From Takakia lepidozioides (taxonomy: Eukaryota; Plantae; Bryophyta), in assembly GCA_030704615.1 (NCBI GenBank), contig CM060731.1, positions 59,830,001 to 59,894,000 on the forward strand: DNA of 64,000 nucleotides, read 5' to 3'. The position numbers and the translations under genes were made by a program. Of the stretch, positions 60,791 to 64,000 are shown in pieces (positions within the stretch are counted from its first letter, which is position 1; every line of letters starts with the position of its first letter). The notes below the pieces were generated by a model. It saw only the letters and a program-made list of their open reading frames with translations, was not told the origin of the DNA and searched no databases.

Positions 60791-63737
60791 AAATTGACCC
60801 TGAGTACGGAAAGTCGGCTAACTAAATTGTTCCACTTGGCCCTCAAATTGGTTTTTCAAATATTTTAAAAAATGCCGCAGGTCCGGCCAAGCCAGAATAA
60901 GCCTCGTATTGCGAAGAAGCTGGGGGTGTCTGGAGAATAAAGTGGCGAGAAGAAAACGGAACAGAAAGATTTTGTCTCCGCTCCGCGCTTCGCTCCTCCA
61001 AGCTCACTTGGTGAAAATGGTAAACACGACAGACTTAAAATCTGTTCCCCTACCCGCCCGATGAGGTGGTTACTAATAAAATAGACTTTCCCATCCCCTC
61101 ACCGGAAAAACGACTGGAGAGCATCAGACAAGCAGCTTCCACGGCGGTGAGACCAATCTTGGAGTTCATCATGACGACTCATGTCTGTGTGCATAGGCCT
61201 TATGGCAGCCTTCGGGCTTGTAAGGGTTTTAGTATTTTTTCTTTCACTAATCTTCAACAAAACTTTAAAACAAAATTAAAACAAAACAAGAAAATAAAGC
61301 TCTAAATAATTGTTCAATTTATGTTTGTGAATTTGTGACTTGGCAAAACAAGTTTGTCCTCAATGGCTCAAGAATAATATAATCATATATGACACTTCCC
61401 CAAGGAAGCGTAAATTATGCTAGTGTCTCTCGACCATTAAGGGCTACTGCCTTCCAGTAGGAAGGTGAACACCTTTGTGACACCAATCGGCGGACTGAAC
61501 CCACATGAACCACTTCCAAGGTGGTATGTGCCCATTACCACAGGGCTGAAAGAACATTTTAATGTTTTGATTATAAAAATATATATGTACTCTAATACAG
61601 TGTTTTTAAATCTGACAAAAACTCATCAAATTTTGACCTGGAAAATGGGTCAGCTACTTTTAAACAGAAATTATAAAAATAAAAATCAAAGAATTTGCCA
61701 GAAAACGCTAATGATTAAATATCAGGAGGCAGATTTCTCATACGTGGACCTGTTAAAATGCGACACCCGTTATACAAGCCACTTTTCTAACCCTGCCACC
61801 TCGTTATTCTCGCCACATGGGCACTGGGGAGCATTTTCATGTGGCCCTTGTGGCGATTGTGGAAAAGTGAAAAAAAAAACAGTCCTGATGCGATGTACAA
61901 ATTAGTGACAAAGAGACATTCTCAACATACGGTAATTTTGACATGCTCGTATGGATTTGTTTTTAATATGTGGTGTTTATGTTAGAATAATCTATTGTGA
62001 AACAGTTTACTAAGACTACTTTCGGCGCAAACGACAAGACTCATTGGCCGACTGCAACACCTCATGGTGAAAAAAAAACAATGGGAAAAAAGAAAAAAGA
62101 CGTGAGAACTTCAATTTGTAGTACCCTTGGGTGAGATACCCCAACATGCATGCCTACTGAAGAGGGTTCCAACTCAGATTTTTCATTGTAAATTATGGTG
62201 TAGGAACGTGGTAAGATTCTCTTTACTTGTTTCACTTTTTAAATAAAAAATGTACGAAGGCCCATATGCTCAAATTAAAAGAGGACATCGACAAAAATTA
62301 TTATATCAAAGGGCGAGGAGGGTGGCTTACATCAAAGATAGCATCGGAGAGCAACCAGACCCAGGCCCCAGCCCTAGCCCCCATGGCAAGCTTTAAAACC
62401 AAGCACTACAATTTAACTAAGATTGTTTTCAGAACTTGAGACTTGCTTTGCTCTTCTTGGGTATTCAGAGTCCATTCATCAATCAATGGTATTTAAATTT
62501 TATTATTTTTACTAAATAATGTTATAATTTGTCTTCATAAAACATTGAAAATGATCATTTTGTTATTCTATTTTAGTATCATTGTAAGGTAGTTGCTTAA
62601 AAACACTTGTAATCTATTTTCAAAATATGACCATCAAAAGTCATTGTGCCCAAAAGTTTAAAATCAAACATATTTTATTGGTGGGTAAATTACTTCTCCA
62701 ATCATTAAAGCAAAATAAGCCATCTTCAAAAATACAATGTCCACGGCTTTGGAATGCTCATTGACAGTTTAACTTTTGCAGATTTCTGATGATGTCATTT
62801 ATTTAATTTATTCACATAATTATATCTCGCTACACACATCTTCATTCAAACAGTCAATTGTGTCATAGATGAATGTCAAAGATGTCATTTAATGTTTATG
62901 AAAGAGTTTGCTACCGGGTATGGCCCCATGCTTCATATTCCTTTGTTGTTGAGTAATGGTTTGTACTTTGTTTGGAGCCCAAAATCCAAGAGATCTGCAT
63001 CACACAATCGTCCATAATCTAGATTGAGTGACCAAATGACAAAGAAACAAATATGTTCTTATTGAACCTAAACAAAAATCCCAAAACTCTCACCAAAGAC
63101 GGTTTTACATATCCGGACAGTGTGATCTGGTCAAAATTGCCAAAATTTTGATAGCGTTGGTTTATAGTGGATATCATGGATGATGATGGAGATACATATG
63201 TACATGCAACATTTATGTATATACCTATGCAAACTTGTAATTCATGTCCATTGCACGGTGAATAGATTTCATCTATTATCTTGAACATCTTTGGTTTTTG
63301 TGCACATTACAATATGACATGAGAATACTATTTTACTTTCTCAAGATTTTGTAACATGATAAGATCCATTGTCAATCTATATTCTTTCTAATCATTTTGA
63401 CATTAAACTCGAGTTGGAAACAAAACTTGAACAAATCACAATGTACACCAACATACAACATAAGAAAGTGAAGCCGTCTGTCCACTCCGCTACCCCCCCT
63501 TCCGTGCATACACTTGTGGCCATCCCCTGTCCCTCACTGCCCACACAATAAATCTTACTTTCCCTGGTCTCTTTCTGCACATAACTAAAACTATCAACTT
63601 GCTAGCGGATTATCTACATTAAATGCGAAAACAAAGTCAGCTTGTTTTCAACAAACAATCAGCTGAGTGAGCTAAAAAATTGCAAAACCATCACTTTGGC
63701 ATAAATTTAAAAATGGATAAAAACGAGAAAGCCTAAG

Positions 63738-64000
63738 TCACTCCTCAAACTGACAATAAATAGAGCAGTTCCTAAACCAACACATCTTGAACTCTTTTAA
63801 GGAACTTTTCACTTCCGCAAAACCCTCATTCACCTCCATGCGCAAATCCTTCATACTGATGGAGGCGCGAACGTCGTTCCTCAGTTTCTCGATCTCCAAC
63901 TCCAAGCTATGATAGCTTGCATCTTCTTGGAGACGTCTCACCTCCGATTCCAACGCTGTAATACGGTCCTCCTCGGGTAAACTACAACGGAGAGGCCAAT
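63738..64000 (-). CDS. Partial coiled-coil ORF near the window edge; unknown function
   Basis: Heptad-like EDRITALESEVRRLQE..LELEIEKLRNDV; the 5' part is not resolvable. Confidence 0.25.
   Translation of the reverse strand, partial: WPLRCSLPEEDRITALESEVRRLQEDASYHSLELEIEKLRNDVRASISMKDLRMEVNEGFAEVKSSLKEFKMCWFRNCSIYCQFEE

Noticed and set aside
60800-63700. Short ORFs in the AT-rich right end
   Set aside because: No recognisable domains, splice pattern or TIR/TSD pair; probably intergenic or decayed repeats.

Overview
Eukaryotic, intron-containing, transposon-rich window from a land plant. It is most likely a non-seed plant (bryophyte or lycophyte), inferred from the monotypic PLS-PPR genes, a self-priming chromovirus and a half-tRNA-primed copia. 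Two intact host genes are visible: a 4-exon USP/AANH-like domain gene (1061-3287) and a 6-exon cytosolic ribosomal protein eS4/RPS4 (17037-18995). Around them lie about eight broken, almost all minus-strand copies of one PLS-E-DYW RNA-editing-factor gene family, many scrambled into mosaics; one is a near full-length pseudogene (49485-52330). Mobile elements include a complete copia (TSD TATCA) and a chromodomain gypsy (TSD AAGGA) carrying a nested CACTA (TSD ACT); the gypsy/CACTA pair was rearranged by a ~15 kb inversion. There are also a ~5.3 kb inverted duplication, an APE-RT LINE with a 15-bp TSD inside a PPR leader, and a second degenerate non-LTR family. The most notable observation is that the CACTA TnpA-like gene has an FCP1/NIF-type HAD phosphatase domain between its normal TnpA domains. 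Also notable are an intronless gp2.5-like SSB pseudogene and the modular shuffling of PPR cassettes. All family assignments are from motif recognition by eye; no searches were run.
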